A DNA stretch of 57,955 nucleotides from a virus. Lineage: Duplodnaviria > Caudoviricetes. The DNA is taken from the IMG/VR virus record IMGVR_UViG_3300027733_000003, positions 1 through 57,955 of that record; one strand, 5' to 3'. The notes beneath the pieces were generated by a model, which was given only the letters and a program-made list of their open reading frames with translations, was not told the DNA's origin and made no database searches. Position numbers and translations under genes: made by a program. This document shows, piece after piece, positions 38,636-47,719 of this stretch. Every line of letters begins with the position of its first letter. Position 1 is the stretch's first letter.

Positions 38636-40779
38636 CTACTTACACCAACCATTGGTGCAAAATTGTTTGTAACGGGTGCTCCGTCTTGCAATTGTGCTCC
38701 CGGCTGAGGGGCTGGAGGAGAACCTCCGGCTTGGGCTTGACCATTCTGCTGCTGAGCCATGGCTTGTTGCTGCATCATAGCTTGCTGTTGTTGCATGGCC
38801 ATACGCTGCTTGATGATCTCAATCGGTGGCACGATGTGGTCAGGGTTGAGATCAAGTGTCTTGGCCGACTGGCGCAGGAGTTCTGCGATGCCTTCCATGC
38901 CGATGACTTGCTGAACAACGGGACTCTGCAAGGCAATCTGAAGGAACTGGTTCTGACGAACCTGAGCTTGTTCTTTGACCACCAACGACGTGGCACCACG
39001 GGCAATGATATTGATGTCACCCTTCAAGTCGGGGTCGTCACCATAGCGCATGTTGTAGTAGTACAACCGCTCAATGATCGGAGCAATGACGCTCTCGTCG
39101 ATATTGGCAATCACCTGCTTGATAGACTTGCCAGCGTTGCTCATCAGCATAGACATACCGGACGCTGTACGGCCAGCGCCACCTGCTGGGCTGTCACCCG
39201 ACATATATCGGGGAATACCCGTGTATTCATCGGCCAACGTAGCAAACTTCTCATACACCGCCATAAGCTCAGCAGCAAGCGAATTAGGCTGGTAGAACTG
39301 CATTGGAGGGGCAGAGCCTGCAAGTGGGTCAGAAGTGACCTGCCAGACCTTCCAAGGGTACATTTGAGTGATATTTTCGCCTTGTGGAAGCCTGTCAATG
39401 TTGTAAACCACCTGTGGGCCAGATGAAATTGACATGTTATTGACCAAAGAACGGGCTGCTGCGTTGCAAATATCCTGCGTATCGCGGCACAAATCAGAGA
39501 CAGAATTGCCCCAAAATGCCCCCGGAACCTCTTCATATGAGGCTTTAAAGTACGGTTTACGCCCCAATGGGTCGGGATTTACCACTGCTTTGATGACCCA
39601 ATGGCCTACAACCCACCCCTCAATGGGGTAATCTATCAACGGATCGGGTACATCTTCCTCAGACATACCCCAGTCTCGCAGTAATTGACCCTGTACGCTG
39701 CCCCAATACTGGAGTGCATCGATCAATTGAGACGGGTTTTGCTGCACGCCCATGGTAGATTTACCCTCGGCAGCAGCTTTATTCATGTCAACGTAGATCC
39801 AATCGCGCAAACCGCCCTTGCCATACTCCTCAAGCACCGCACGGATCGCGCCATCGCTGTAACCTTCAACGCCCATCATGGCCTGTAAGTCAGACCGATG
39901 CAATTTATGGCGTTCAATCATGTAGCCATCGTCAATATTCGTGGCATCCGCTGCGGGATAGATGTTAAACGGGTCGACTCGCTCCCACTCGAGAACCAGT
40001 GCGTCCTGCACATCCATGTTGTAGTGCCCATTCTGCCCCGGAACCCATTTCATTTTGGGTCGTTTACGGACAACTGGGCCTTTCATGATGGCCGAAGGGA
40101 ATGTAGTGATGTCGTCGAGGAAGTCAGCAAAGGCGTGTGTCCACTTACCTTCTTTCAGCTGGTCATCCATCTTCAATTCCATACGCTCAGCCGTGCGCTT
40201 GGCCATATCCTTCAGATGCGACATGGCAATGTCTTTCATCTCAAGTAAGCGCTCACGTACCTGCTGATCCGTTGGTGGCGTACCTGCCGCCCACAGCTGC
40301 TGCACTTCCTGCTGTGCCTGCTGCATGATTGACTCAACTTGATCGGGGGGTACTTCTGGCATCGGGCTTGGCTCAATAGTCCAAGGCTTATCTTCGGTAG
40401 CTGTTACAAGTGTGTCTTTTAACCAACTGGACGCTGCACGGCACTTGTTGCTGGTGAGCATCATATAAATCGTTGCACTGCCCTGTTCTCTCAGCTGCGC
40501 TAGCTTGTCGGGGTCATATTCGCCCCTGCGCGCGCGAACAGATTTCAACATTTTTATCTCTGAAGTCTGCTGCTTGGCCATCATTGCAGACATCCACTGT
40601 TTACGGATATACCCTGCAAGGGCTTGAACTACGGGCTGGGAATTGGCTTCCTGCGCTTTAGCTCTTGCCTCTTCCTGCATCGCCTTGAGGGATTTAATAG
40701 TGACAAGGCCGCCGCCCGCCGAGATTGTCCCCGGCGCATTGCTATTCGTAATGTTTAATCCAAGTTGCATATGCGTCAC
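38632..40779 (-). CDS. Portal protein
   Basis: 715 aa after TerL; VDPFNIYP, TASGMSMLM, Q-rich C-terminus. Confidence 0.88.
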   Translation of the reverse strand: MTHMQLGLNITNSNAPGTISAGGGLVTIKSLKAMQEEARAKAQEANSQPVVQALAGYIRKQWMSAMMAKQQTSEIKMLKSVRARRGEYDPDKLAQLREQGSATIYMMLTSNKCRAASSWLKDTLVTATEDKPWTIEPSPMPEVPPDQVESIMQQAQQEVQQLWAAGTPPTDQQVRERLLEMKDIAMSHLKDMAKRTAERMELKMDDQLKEGKWTHAFADFLDDITTFPSAIMKGPVVRKRPKMKWVPGQNGHYNMDVQDALVLEWERVDPFNIYPAADATNIDDGYMIERHKLHRSDLQAMMGVEGYSDGAIRAVLEEYGKGGLRDWIYVDMNKAAAEGKSTMGVQQNPSQLIDALQYWGSVQGQLLRDWGMSEEDVPDPLIDYPIEGWVVGHWVIKAVVNPDPLGRKPYFKASYEEVPGAFWGNSVSDLCRDTQDICNAAARSLVNNMSISSGPQVVYNIDRLPQGENITQMYPWKVWQVTSDPLAGSAPPMQFYQPNSLAAELMAVYEKFATLADEYTGIPRYMSGDSPAGGAGRTASGMSMLMSNAGKSIKQVIANIDESVIAPIIERLYYYNMRYGDDPDLKGDINIIARGATSLVVKEQAQVRQNQFLQIALQSPVVQQVIGMEGIAELLRQSAKTLDLNPDHIVPPIEIIKQRMAMQQQQAMMQQQAMAQQQNGQAQAGGSPPAPQPGAQLQDGAPVTNNFAPMVGVSS

Positions 40780-40822
40780 ACTTTAAACATGTTTGGGGGT
40801 GTAACAGATCGCAATGACTGTG

Positions 40823-42223
40823 TCAAGACCAGACGTAGTCTATCTTCTTGACTTCCACTGCTTTCCTCTGCCACGTGTCTCCGGTCACATTACCGTCTGC
40901 ATGCAGGCACGCATATTGATGCGCATCAGCAATGTGGGAGTGGGAATTCTTCTCCGGCTTATCGTCCTTCTCGCCGTTTTGTCGGATTTTATACCTATAT
41001 CCGCCGCGAAGGGAAGTAATTAAATTTGTACAGCACGGATCAATTAGATGGGCAGGTTTCCCATCCACAACTCTAGTGAGCATCTTGTCAACTGCATTGA
41101 TACGTGCCACGACACTGTTTGACTTGGCCGAGATGACTCTAAACCCCTCGGCACGCAGGATATCAAACACTGACCGCTCGTCTGTCTGCGCGCGCTGCTG
41201 CCCCGCTGGGTCTCCGATGATCAACACATTCATACCCGGAAATCTGTTGGCCAGTAGAGGTTTCAACTTCTCTCGGCAGAACCGCAATGTGCCCATGCCG
41301 TCAGACACAAGGTCAGCAAAAGTCAACAACCGCCCCTGCATGTCGATCTGGTTTATAGTGCATGCCGGTGTAAGCCCGAAGTCCATCCCGATGATGAGCG
41401 GGTGTGTGGACAGCTTGATGTAGTTCAGTGTCTGCTTGGACACGTGGGTGTCTCGATCAAACGCTCTAAACACTGGCTGGCCAGACAGCGACTTACCAAA
41501 GTCCCCGTGCACATACACATCGACCCAGTCCTCAGACTTACCCTCACACAAGTTCTCATAGTACCCATCGGGTAGGAACTGCACCCAGTCCGCTTCTTGG
41601 CTCAGACCACTGGGCTGTATGGTGACGTGCGTGTTCTTTGGAGGTTCGGTAAGTATCTTCTCCCAAAACGTATCCATGTCCGGCGGGTTAGTTGCCCCCC
41701 AAACTTTGTGTATCTGTCTGCCGTGGTCATCACACGCACCAACCCCGTTCATCGTCCTGTCTGGGTAGCGCCCCAGTCGACCAGTCAGCGCGTTGTAAAT
41801 GTCTGGGTTAATCTCGCGGAACTCATCCATAACGCCAAATGTCAACTGCAACGAGAGTAGACGACGTACGTCATTGGCATCATCCAGTCCACGAAACAGT
41901 ACTTCACACTCGACGTCATCAAACTTCAACTGAAACTTACTGTTCGTCTTCTCCAGTATCCCCGCTTCCCCATCTGGGTACCACTTGATGAAGTCCGGTA
42001 TGGTCGTGTCCCACAGCATCTGGCGGGTGTTACGAATGACGGCCACCCTGCTACGACGTATGCCGTCCGGTGACGGTGCAATACGCTGAGCCTCATAACC
42101 AATCTTGATGAGCGCCGCCGTGGTCTTTGTCGAACCCACTGGCCCCACAATGAAATTGGCAAACTTGTCTGCGGTAAGGAATGGAACTACCGACGCTGGC
42201 GGTGTGTAGACTAGGTTAGCCAT
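40823..42223 (-). CDS. terL: Terminase large subunit
   Basis: GPVGSTKTT, VMDE, ATNPP, GMDFGLTPA, GDPAG, SHIADAHQY. Confidence 0.93.
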   Translation of the reverse strand: MANLVYTPPASVVPFLTADKFANFIVGPVGSTKTTAALIKIGYEAQRIAPSPDGIRRSRVAVIRNTRQMLWDTTIPDFIKWYPDGEAGILEKTNSKFQLKFDDVECEVLFRGLDDANDVRRLLSLQLTFGVMDEFREINPDIYNALTGRLGRYPDRTMNGVGACDDHGRQIHKVWGATNPPDMDTFWEKILTEPPKNTHVTIQPSGLSQEADWVQFLPDGYYENLCEGKSEDWVDVYVHGDFGKSLSGQPVFRAFDRDTHVSKQTLNYIKLSTHPLIIGMDFGLTPACTINQIDMQGRLLTFADLVSDGMGTLRFCREKLKPLLANRFPGMNVLIIGDPAGQQRAQTDERSVFDILRAEGFRVISAKSNSVVARINAVDKMLTRVVDGKPAHLIDPCCTNLITSLRGGYRYKIRQNGEKDDKPEKNSHSHIADAHQYACLHADGNVTGDTWQRKAVEVKKIDYVWS

Positions 42224-42692
42224 CTATTGTCATCGGTTGTGTGGTCTGCGGAAGGTTAATCGTAATGCTGAACTTCGGTGCCGTGTTCACATTGCTTGTG
42301 TCATTCTTTGGCGCTTTAAGCCCAGCGACGTCTGTCAGTGCTTGAAACACCGAGAGCTTCTGGAGAATGGTGCTGTCGTTACTTACTGCCTGCTTGAACA
42401 TCATGGCCATCATCTCCTCAGCCATAAGACCGGCCTTGAGTCTGAAAGTCATCCCGTTTCGTTCAAACTCCGCACGCTGAGTCTGTACTGCACTGATGAA
42501 CGGTGGCCACTGCGCCAGTCGTTCCCACTTGTCACCTTCAAACCCAAACCGCTGGGCTATGGCCGCAGGGTCTTCCAAGCCAGCCGCACACTCCCATATC
42601 AACTGGGGCGGAATATCCAACGTGACATGCGCTTCTGACGCAGTCGGTGACAACGCAAATTCTGTGTGGTCGTCTATCAGGTCTTCATTCAT
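42216..42692 (-). CDS. terS: Putative terminase small subunit
   Basis: Immediately upstream of TerL; helical with C-terminal FSITINL strand. Confidence 0.6.
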   Translation of the reverse strand: MNEDLIDDHTEFALSPTASEAHVTLDIPPQLIWECAAGLEDPAAIAQRFGFEGDKWERLAQWPPFISAVQTQRAEFERNGMTFRLKAGLMAEEMMAMMFKQAVSNDSTILQKLSVFQALTDVAGLKAPKNDTSNVNTAPKFSITINLPQTTQPMTIDG

Positions 42693-42886
42693 GCTATGCG
42701 GTATCCATGCTGCGCCAAAATAGCAACCACTCTTCTACCTTGCCGCTCAGCAAGGGCTATAGCTTTGAGGTCATGCCCAGATACGCCGCCCAATGCTTCC
42801 CACTCACGGCTAACTCTAGCGGAGTCTTTTTCAAGTTTTGCGTCTAAGGTTTCCATAGCTGCCACTCGTTTTTCAAACTCATTCAT
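42689..42886 (-). CDS. Hypothetical protein
   Basis: 65 aa, coupled to neighbours. Confidence 0.55.
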   Translation of the reverse strand: MNEFEKRVAAMETLDAKLEKDSARVSREWEALGGVSGHDLKAIALAERQGRRVVAILAQHGYRIA

Positions 42887-43022
42887 GCTCAGCGACAGTC
42901 TGTTTTATAAAGTCCGACAAGGCCCGGCGGATTAATTCCGACACAGTCAGCCCCGTCGCTTCCGACATATCGCGCAGTTCATCCATGATCTGCTCTGGCA
43001 GATGGAAGTTATACCGCTTCAA
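42879..43022 (-). CDS. Ribbon-helix-helix (CopG/Arc-like) regulator, 47 aa, TTG start (not in ORF track)
   Basis: MKRYNFHLPEQIMDELRDMSEATGLTVSELIRRAL; TTGA overlap with the upstream gene. Confidence 0.8.
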   Translation of the reverse strand: MKRYNFHLPEQIMDELRDMSEATGLTVSELIRRALSDFIKQTVAEHE

Positions 43023-43186
43023 TATTTACCCTTAGTAACAGGCTTACCAGCTTTTTTCATTGCGGCTTCTTCTTTCTTCTCGCCTTTTTTATACATGGCG
43101 GCTGGCATTTTTTTCTCAGTCTTTTCTTCTTTGGTGGATTCATTGCCTTTAAATGCGGCAAAAGGGTTGGGTTTTTTGGTGGCCAT
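43019..43186 (-). CDS. Small Lys-rich protein MATKKPNPFAAFKG... (55 aa; not in ORF track)
   Basis: GGAG RBS; first gene of the late unit. Confidence 0.7.
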   Translation of the reverse strand: MATKKPNPFAAFKGNESTKEEKTEKKMPAAMYKKGEKKEEAAMKKAGKPVTKGKY

Positions 43187-43217
43187 GAAAGTACTCCGTT
43201 GGGTTGCTGACGTGTGT

Positions 43218-43245
43218 ATGGTAGCTATATGGGCGCTGTTGTCAA
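43218..43245 (-). promoter_or_regulatory. Putative late-operon promoter
   Basis: TTGACA-N16-TACCAT about 30 nt upstream of the first late gene. Confidence 0.6.
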
Positions 43246-43426
43246 GTGGGTGAGGTGTGGCAAACGTGTGTATATTGGGGATTTTTGGCCTTGTTAAGTG
43301 AGCAACAGGTAAACAGACGCACCCCCTCGCCGTGTCCGTGTCCCTCCCCCCTACCCCCCTAAGGGTTTACCCTATGGTTGTCGGGTCAAAACCATTAGTG
43401 TAGGGCATCGTATCCCTCGGCTTTCG

Positions 43427-43440
43427 TGATCTTTAACAAT
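43427..43440 (+). promoter_or_regulatory. boxA-like antitermination element
   Basis: TGATCTTTAACAAT versus rrn boxA TGCTCTTTAACAA; a second copy GTTCATTAAAAAT at 43535. Confidence 0.6.
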
Positions 43441-43721
43441 CGACATTGTCCATCTTATGCTGTGCTTCGCAGTTCAAGGCGTAATGCTTTCGGATTCAAG
43501 CATGGGTAAACATAAGTTGTACTTTGTGAAAGCAGTTCATTAAAAATTTAATAGCGTTTTGCGTGTTTGGGTGAAGTAACACGCCGGTGATGTCCGACTC
43601 TATTGCCTAACCCGTAAGGCATGGCATAAACACGCATGGCAAGCGTGGGAGTCGGTTTCAAGATGTACATTGCATGGTGTAGTGTGCATCTTCCAAACCT
43701 AACTTACTTAAGGATTTCATC

Positions 43722-44120
43722 ATGAATCTCGTAAACATCATCGACAATGGCACTTCTATCGTTTTGTCTTCTAAGACCGGCAAAACTGGTTCGTTTGCAC
43801 GGGCTGTGGCTTTCGCTGATCGCCAAACCCGCATGGACATGGGTCACGCCATGTACGCCAAATGGCTTGCAAATGGTCAGTATCGCCCCTTGGTGAATGA
43901 CATTCTCGATACGCTTGTGCCAAAGTCAGCCGCGCCTTTTATCGGTGGTTTAGTTCCACAGTATGGTTCCGTGTCAAAAGAGCAACTGATCGGCTTGTGC
44001 TTGGCTGTCAATAATGCAGTCGTGACCAAGGGCAAAGAACTCAAGGGTCAAAAGGGTTTCGTGTACGGCATCGTTCAGCGTATCGCCGAGCAGGGTGCGC
44101 CAGAAATTGTCGAAGCCTAA
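43722..44120 (+). CDS. First early protein, hypothetical
   Basis: AAGGA RBS, 132 aa, strong codon bias. Confidence 0.8.
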   Translation: MNLVNIIDNGTSIVLSSKTGKTGSFARAVAFADRQTRMDMGHAMYAKWLANGQYRPLVNDILDTLVPKSAAPFIGGLVPQYGSVSKEQLIGLCLAVNNAVVTKGKELKGQKGFVYGIVQRIAEQGAPEIVEA

Positions 44121-44323
44121 GCAGTCTCACTTCTGAAGCCCACAACATTGTGGGTTTTGGTAGGTAGATTCAAATGCTAAAGCGTTGGGTGTTGGGGTGA
44201 GAATCCCCATTGGATGCCCAAGTGTGTAGGCGGAGACCTTGTCACACCATATTGAATGACCACAACAATTCCTGAGCATGAATCAAACTGCTCACCCTCA
44301 TTCACTTAATCACGGAGTAACTC

Positions 44324-44560
44324 ATGCGTATTCATTCTGTCCCACGCGGTTCGATGTATCCCATGCCATCGCTTGCAACAGGCGATAAAGATAAAGTATT
44401 ACCCGGCGGTCTGCCACCAGTACCTAACCGGAATATATATTCCAAGCTGACTGGTCACCACAAAACCACGCACAAACACACACAACAATGGCGTGACAAT
44501 CGTAGTCACGGAAACGTGGCGACATACGTGGGTGCATGGGCGCAAGCCAAGCTGTCTTGA
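44324..44560 (+). CDS. Hypothetical protein
   Basis: GGAG RBS; 78 aa. Confidence 0.55.
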   Translation: MRIHSVPRGSMYPMPSLATGDKDKVLPGGLPPVPNRNIYSKLTGHHKTTHKHTQQWRDNRSHGNVATYVGAWAQAKLS

Positions 44561-44917
44561 ATATTCTCAGGGTTTGCCACAAGAATATTCACCGGAATAT
44601 TCAGTACTACAAAAAATATAGTTGGCTTATCAACGACTTACGTTAAAACTAATACTTTGAATATTCCAATATTCCAATATTCCATATAAATATAGGCTGC
44701 TACACGTAGCCATGTTTCCGAACAGTCACGCGCTGATGCGACCACATAATCCGCATCATTCACAAACCCGCCTGACCCTTTCCAAAACACGGAATATTGG
44801 AATATTCACGTTAGTGCCCACTAACTACGCTCGTAAGTCGTTGATAAGCTAACTGTTTTTTTGTTAGTACTCACTCACGTAAATATTCTCTTATCAATCC
44901 TATCGCGGAATATTCAC
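44559..44917. repeat. Symmetric element: inverted IHF-like sites plus GAATATTC/AATATTCC repeats (candidate origin)
   Basis: Perfect 18-bp inverted repeat 44625-44642/44832-44849; about ten AATATT cores. Confidence 0.7.
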
Positions 44918-45031
44918 CCGCAAAAGTGCGCCAGCACCTATCACGCCCCGAAATCCCCAGCCAAGCAGTCAGGCATCGTTGACTGCATTTCACCCACCAA
45001 CTTACCTTTAACTCACTTACTTGGACAACCT

Positions 45032-45211
45032 ATGAAAACCCAACTGATGTACTTGACCATCCCAACCGACTTGGACCACCTCATTGTCGACCCCAACTTC
45101 GCCAGTAATGACCACGAGTTCGTGTTTGAGTGCGACATGAACGACAACCCTATGGATGCCGATGACCCTGAGTTCTATCTGCGCCAGTACTACAAATCTG
45201 TGGGGGTATGA
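45032..45211 (+). CDS. Small acidic hypothetical protein
   Basis: GGA RBS before ATG 45032. Confidence 0.55.
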   Translation: MKTQLMYLTIPTDLDHLIVDPNFASNDHEFVFECDMNDNPMDADDPEFYLRQYYKSVGV

Positions 45212-45378
45212 TGAATCCTATTTACTACATTGGCGGGACAATCATGTCCTGCGGCTTTATCTTCGTTGGATGGGGTAGCGAAGGCTATCTGTCCAACCTT
45301 TGTCTTATTCTCGGTGGCTTGTATTTCGGTCACCTTGTCACTGATGCACTCAACAGTCCAACCAAGGAATCCTTATGA
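45208..45378 (+). CDS. Small membrane protein (56 aa; not in ORF track)
   Basis: MMNPIYYIGGTIMSCGFIFVGWG...LCLILGGLYFG; ATGA overlaps at both ends. Confidence 0.6.
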   Translation: MMNPIYYIGGTIMSCGFIFVGWGSEGYLSNLCLILGGLYFGHLVTDALNSPTKESL

Positions 45379-45656
45379 AAGTTGTAATCAATGATTGTCA
45401 TGGTGGTTTCGGTTTGACCGATGCCGCATTGGAAGAATACAAAAACCGTAAAAACATCACAAGCCCTAATTTCTACTGTTTCGACATTCCTCGGGAGTGC
45501 CCAGTGTTGGTTGCAATGGTTGAAGAACAAGGAACCGCAATCAATGCCGACTATTCTGATTTGAAAGTTGTGGAAATACCCGATGATGTAAATTGGTATA
45601 TCAAAGACTACGACGGCCTTGAACACGTGGCCGAACGTCACAGGACTTGGGGTTAA
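45375..45656 (+). CDS. Conserved phage early protein
   Basis: MKVVINDCHGGFGL...LKVVEIPDDVNWYIKDYDGLEHVAE.HRTW. Confidence 0.8.
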   Translation: MKVVINDCHGGFGLTDAALEEYKNRKNITSPNFYCFDIPRECPVLVAMVEEQGTAINADYSDLKVVEIPDDVNWYIKDYDGLEHVAERHRTWG

Positions 45657-45658
45657 AA

Positions 45659-45868
45659 ATGACAATCAAATCCATCACAGTCGAAGTCCGTAATGTATAC
45701 GGCAACACGCTGGTCTATCCGATCTGCGACACAGCCAAACTCTTTGCACGCATCGCCAACAAGACCACACTGAACGCATCTATCCTCAACGATGTAGTAC
45801 AGCTTGGATTCCAAGTCAACACAACCAGCAGCGTGCTGCCCTTCAAACTCGATACACCCAAGGAGTAA
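45659..45868 (+). CDS. Hypothetical phage protein
   Basis: VRNVYGNTLVYPIC..AKLFA. Confidence 0.7.
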   Translation: MTIKSITVEVRNVYGNTLVYPICDTAKLFARIANKTTLNASILNDVVQLGFQVNTTSSVLPFKLDTPKE

Positions 45869-46126
45869 CCATGTTTCGTGTATTTATCCCCAACCTCAAT
45901 CGCTGGATTGAAAACGTCCCTGCCACCGAAGCCCTTGTCTACAAGGAAGAAGGCTATCAAGTAGAACGCATGGAGGCAACATGAGGACATACAAAGTTCG
46001 AGAATTTCACGCAGGACTCCATTGGTATCACGTGGTGGAGTTGTTTGTCGATGGTGAATGTATTGGCGAAATGAATCTCACCAATGTATCTGAACGCGAT
46101 GCTTTCATCAAAGAATGGATTGCCTC

Positions 46127-46342
46127 ATGAGCGAAGACTACCACCTACCTATATGCACTCACTGTTATGCAGTGCGTGTCGAGCCACAACGTAAACACCT
46201 ATCACGCCCGACCTGTGCGTCATGTGGTGACAAGATCGCCAAAGAACGTAAGTTCACTGTGGTGTGTAACAACAAGCAGGGGTATGAACTTATCACGAAC
46301 CCTGACTACCTTAAACAACTCAACCCCAAGAGGACAACATGA
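46127..46342 (+). CDS. Small zinc-finger protein
   Basis: CTHC...CASCG; NKQGYEL. Confidence 0.7.
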   Translation: MSEDYHLPICTHCYAVRVEPQRKHLSRPTCASCGDKIAKERKFTVVCNNKQGYELITNPDYLKQLNPKRTT

Positions 46343-46536
46343 TTAGCGACGAAGAATGGGAAAGGCGCAAGCCTGAGTTTGCCCAGTGGTATGCCAAGCA
46401 CATGATCGAGGTATTCGGCCCTTGCATGGCTAGAGGTATTGCCAACCGAGAAGTGCTTGTCGACAAAATAATAAAGCTTGACCCGAACAGCTTTTGGGAA
46501 CTGGTACTCGAAATCATAAACAAGGAGACAACATGA
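46339..46536 (+). CDS. Hypothetical protein
   Basis: GAGGA RBS, ATGA coupling. Confidence 0.6.
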   Translation: MISDEEWERRKPEFAQWYAKHMIEVFGPCMARGIANREVLVDKIIKLDPNSFWELVLEIINKETT

Positions 46537-46715
46537 TGGGCAAAAGATTCAAAGAACTTGCTGAGCAAGCGGGACTGTACGACTTTGTATTTGAAGCAAT
46601 GGGTGTCGACGAGGAGTTAACAAACTTTGCCGAGTCAATTGTGCGGGAATGTGCCACGGTTGCTGGTAGAGATGTTGCGCATTTTGTATTAAAACACTTT
46701 GAACTGGAGAATTGA
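46533..46715 (+). CDS. Hypothetical protein (ELAEQAG...FAESIVREC type)
   Basis: AAGGAG RBS; resembles 55618-55911. Confidence 0.65.
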   Translation: MMGKRFKELAEQAGLYDFVFEAMGVDEELTNFAESIVRECATVAGRDVAHFVLKHFELEN

Positions 46716-46716
46716 T

Positions 46717-46944
46717 ATGACAATCAAAACGATATACACAGAAGTCGAGGTAGACGTGGACTTGAGCGACTTCGACACTGCTGACTTGGTCGAGGAACTG
46801 AATGATCGTGGCTCACATGGCTTGAGCTTTGACGACACTGAGACGCTGACCAAAGCGTGGCAACACGACCGAGAGGGGCGCAGAGATGAGGCATACGCCA
46901 TCCTGCGTGAGTACATGTTATGGAAACTGGGGAGAGTTATATGA
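46717..46944 (+). CDS. Hypothetical acidic protein
   Basis: GGAG RBS; EVEVDVDLSDFDTADLVEEL. Confidence 0.7.
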   Translation: MTIKTIYTEVEVDVDLSDFDTADLVEELNDRGSHGLSFDDTETLTKAWQHDREGRRDEAYAILREYMLWKLGRVI

Positions 46945-47405
46945 GTGCATTTCCAAGCCCAGAACACAAAATCATTCTGCTGACCCAACTGAGAACCCTT
47001 GGAGTCAAGACGGTCGAGGTCACCTTCTCTGGTGGGGGCGACTCAGGCAGTATCGACGACGTTAACGTCTACGATAACGACAATGATGACGTCAACCTGA
47101 CGATACACCACCTCGACTGGCCTGAGGAAAGTTCTATACATGACCCTGATACCAACGCATGGATAACTGAGGTCAAGGTGGTAACCATACCCTTGGACGA
47201 AGTACTTAAACGTGTAACCATTGATGCGCTGGCGGAATCAGGGCTTGACTGGTACAACAACGATGGCGGTCAAGGTAGCTTGCTCATCGACTTCAACAAG
47301 TCGCCGCCTGAAATCAGCCTAGATGTAGGCATCAACTACACAACTACCGAAGACCATACGATTGACCTAAACGAGGAGGACGAAGATGCACCCATGTCAC
47401 CATAG
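46941..47405 (+). CDS. DUF6878-like protein
   Basis: VEVTFSGGGDSGSI...DWYNNDGGQG. Confidence 0.7.
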   Translation: MSAFPSPEHKIILLTQLRTLGVKTVEVTFSGGGDSGSIDDVNVYDNDNDDVNLTIHHLDWPEESSIHDPDTNAWITEVKVVTIPLDEVLKRVTIDALAESGLDWYNNDGGQGSLLIDFNKSPPEISLDVGINYTTTEDHTIDLNEEDEDAPMSP

Positions 47406-47718
47406 TATGACCAGCGTGAAGGTGTGGGGAGGTAAGTTAGAAGACTACCAAGCCATACACGACTGGTTTGATGCGACCAAAGAACTGTGGGCAGATGCCA
47501 GACATCGTGCCCTGCGACACCATAGCCAAGGGATATTTGAGGCTGAGCGTGTGTTTGGACATGCCATAACAAACAGTGACGGCAGACTTGTGCCTGTACG
47601 TTACATCGGCGAGCAGCATGTCAAAGAGGACTGCGGTGGACGTATCCCGACCATCGTGGATTGGCTAGGCAAGATACCCATGGAAGTATGGATGAACCGA
47701 AGTTATAAGGTGGAATGA
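47386..47718 (+). CDS. DUF6915-like His-rich protein
   Basis: HP..HS...WGG..EDY..IHDWFD...RHRALRHHSQGIF...EQHVKED. Confidence 0.75.
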   Translation: MHPCHHSMTSVKVWGGKLEDYQAIHDWFDATKELWADARHRALRHHSQGIFEAERVFGHAITNSDGRLVPVRYIGEQHVKEDCGGRIPTIVDWLGKIPMEVWMNRSYKVE

Positions 47719-47719
47719 C

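Noticed and set aside
44185-44250. tRNA gene
   Set aside because: T-loop-like hairpin present but no cloverleaf, D arm or anticodon arm; kept only as a structured RNA candidate
44861-45031. N-terminal extension of the 44861-45211 ORF
   Set aside because: Runs through the repeat element from a TTG with no RBS; ATG 45032 is the more plausible start
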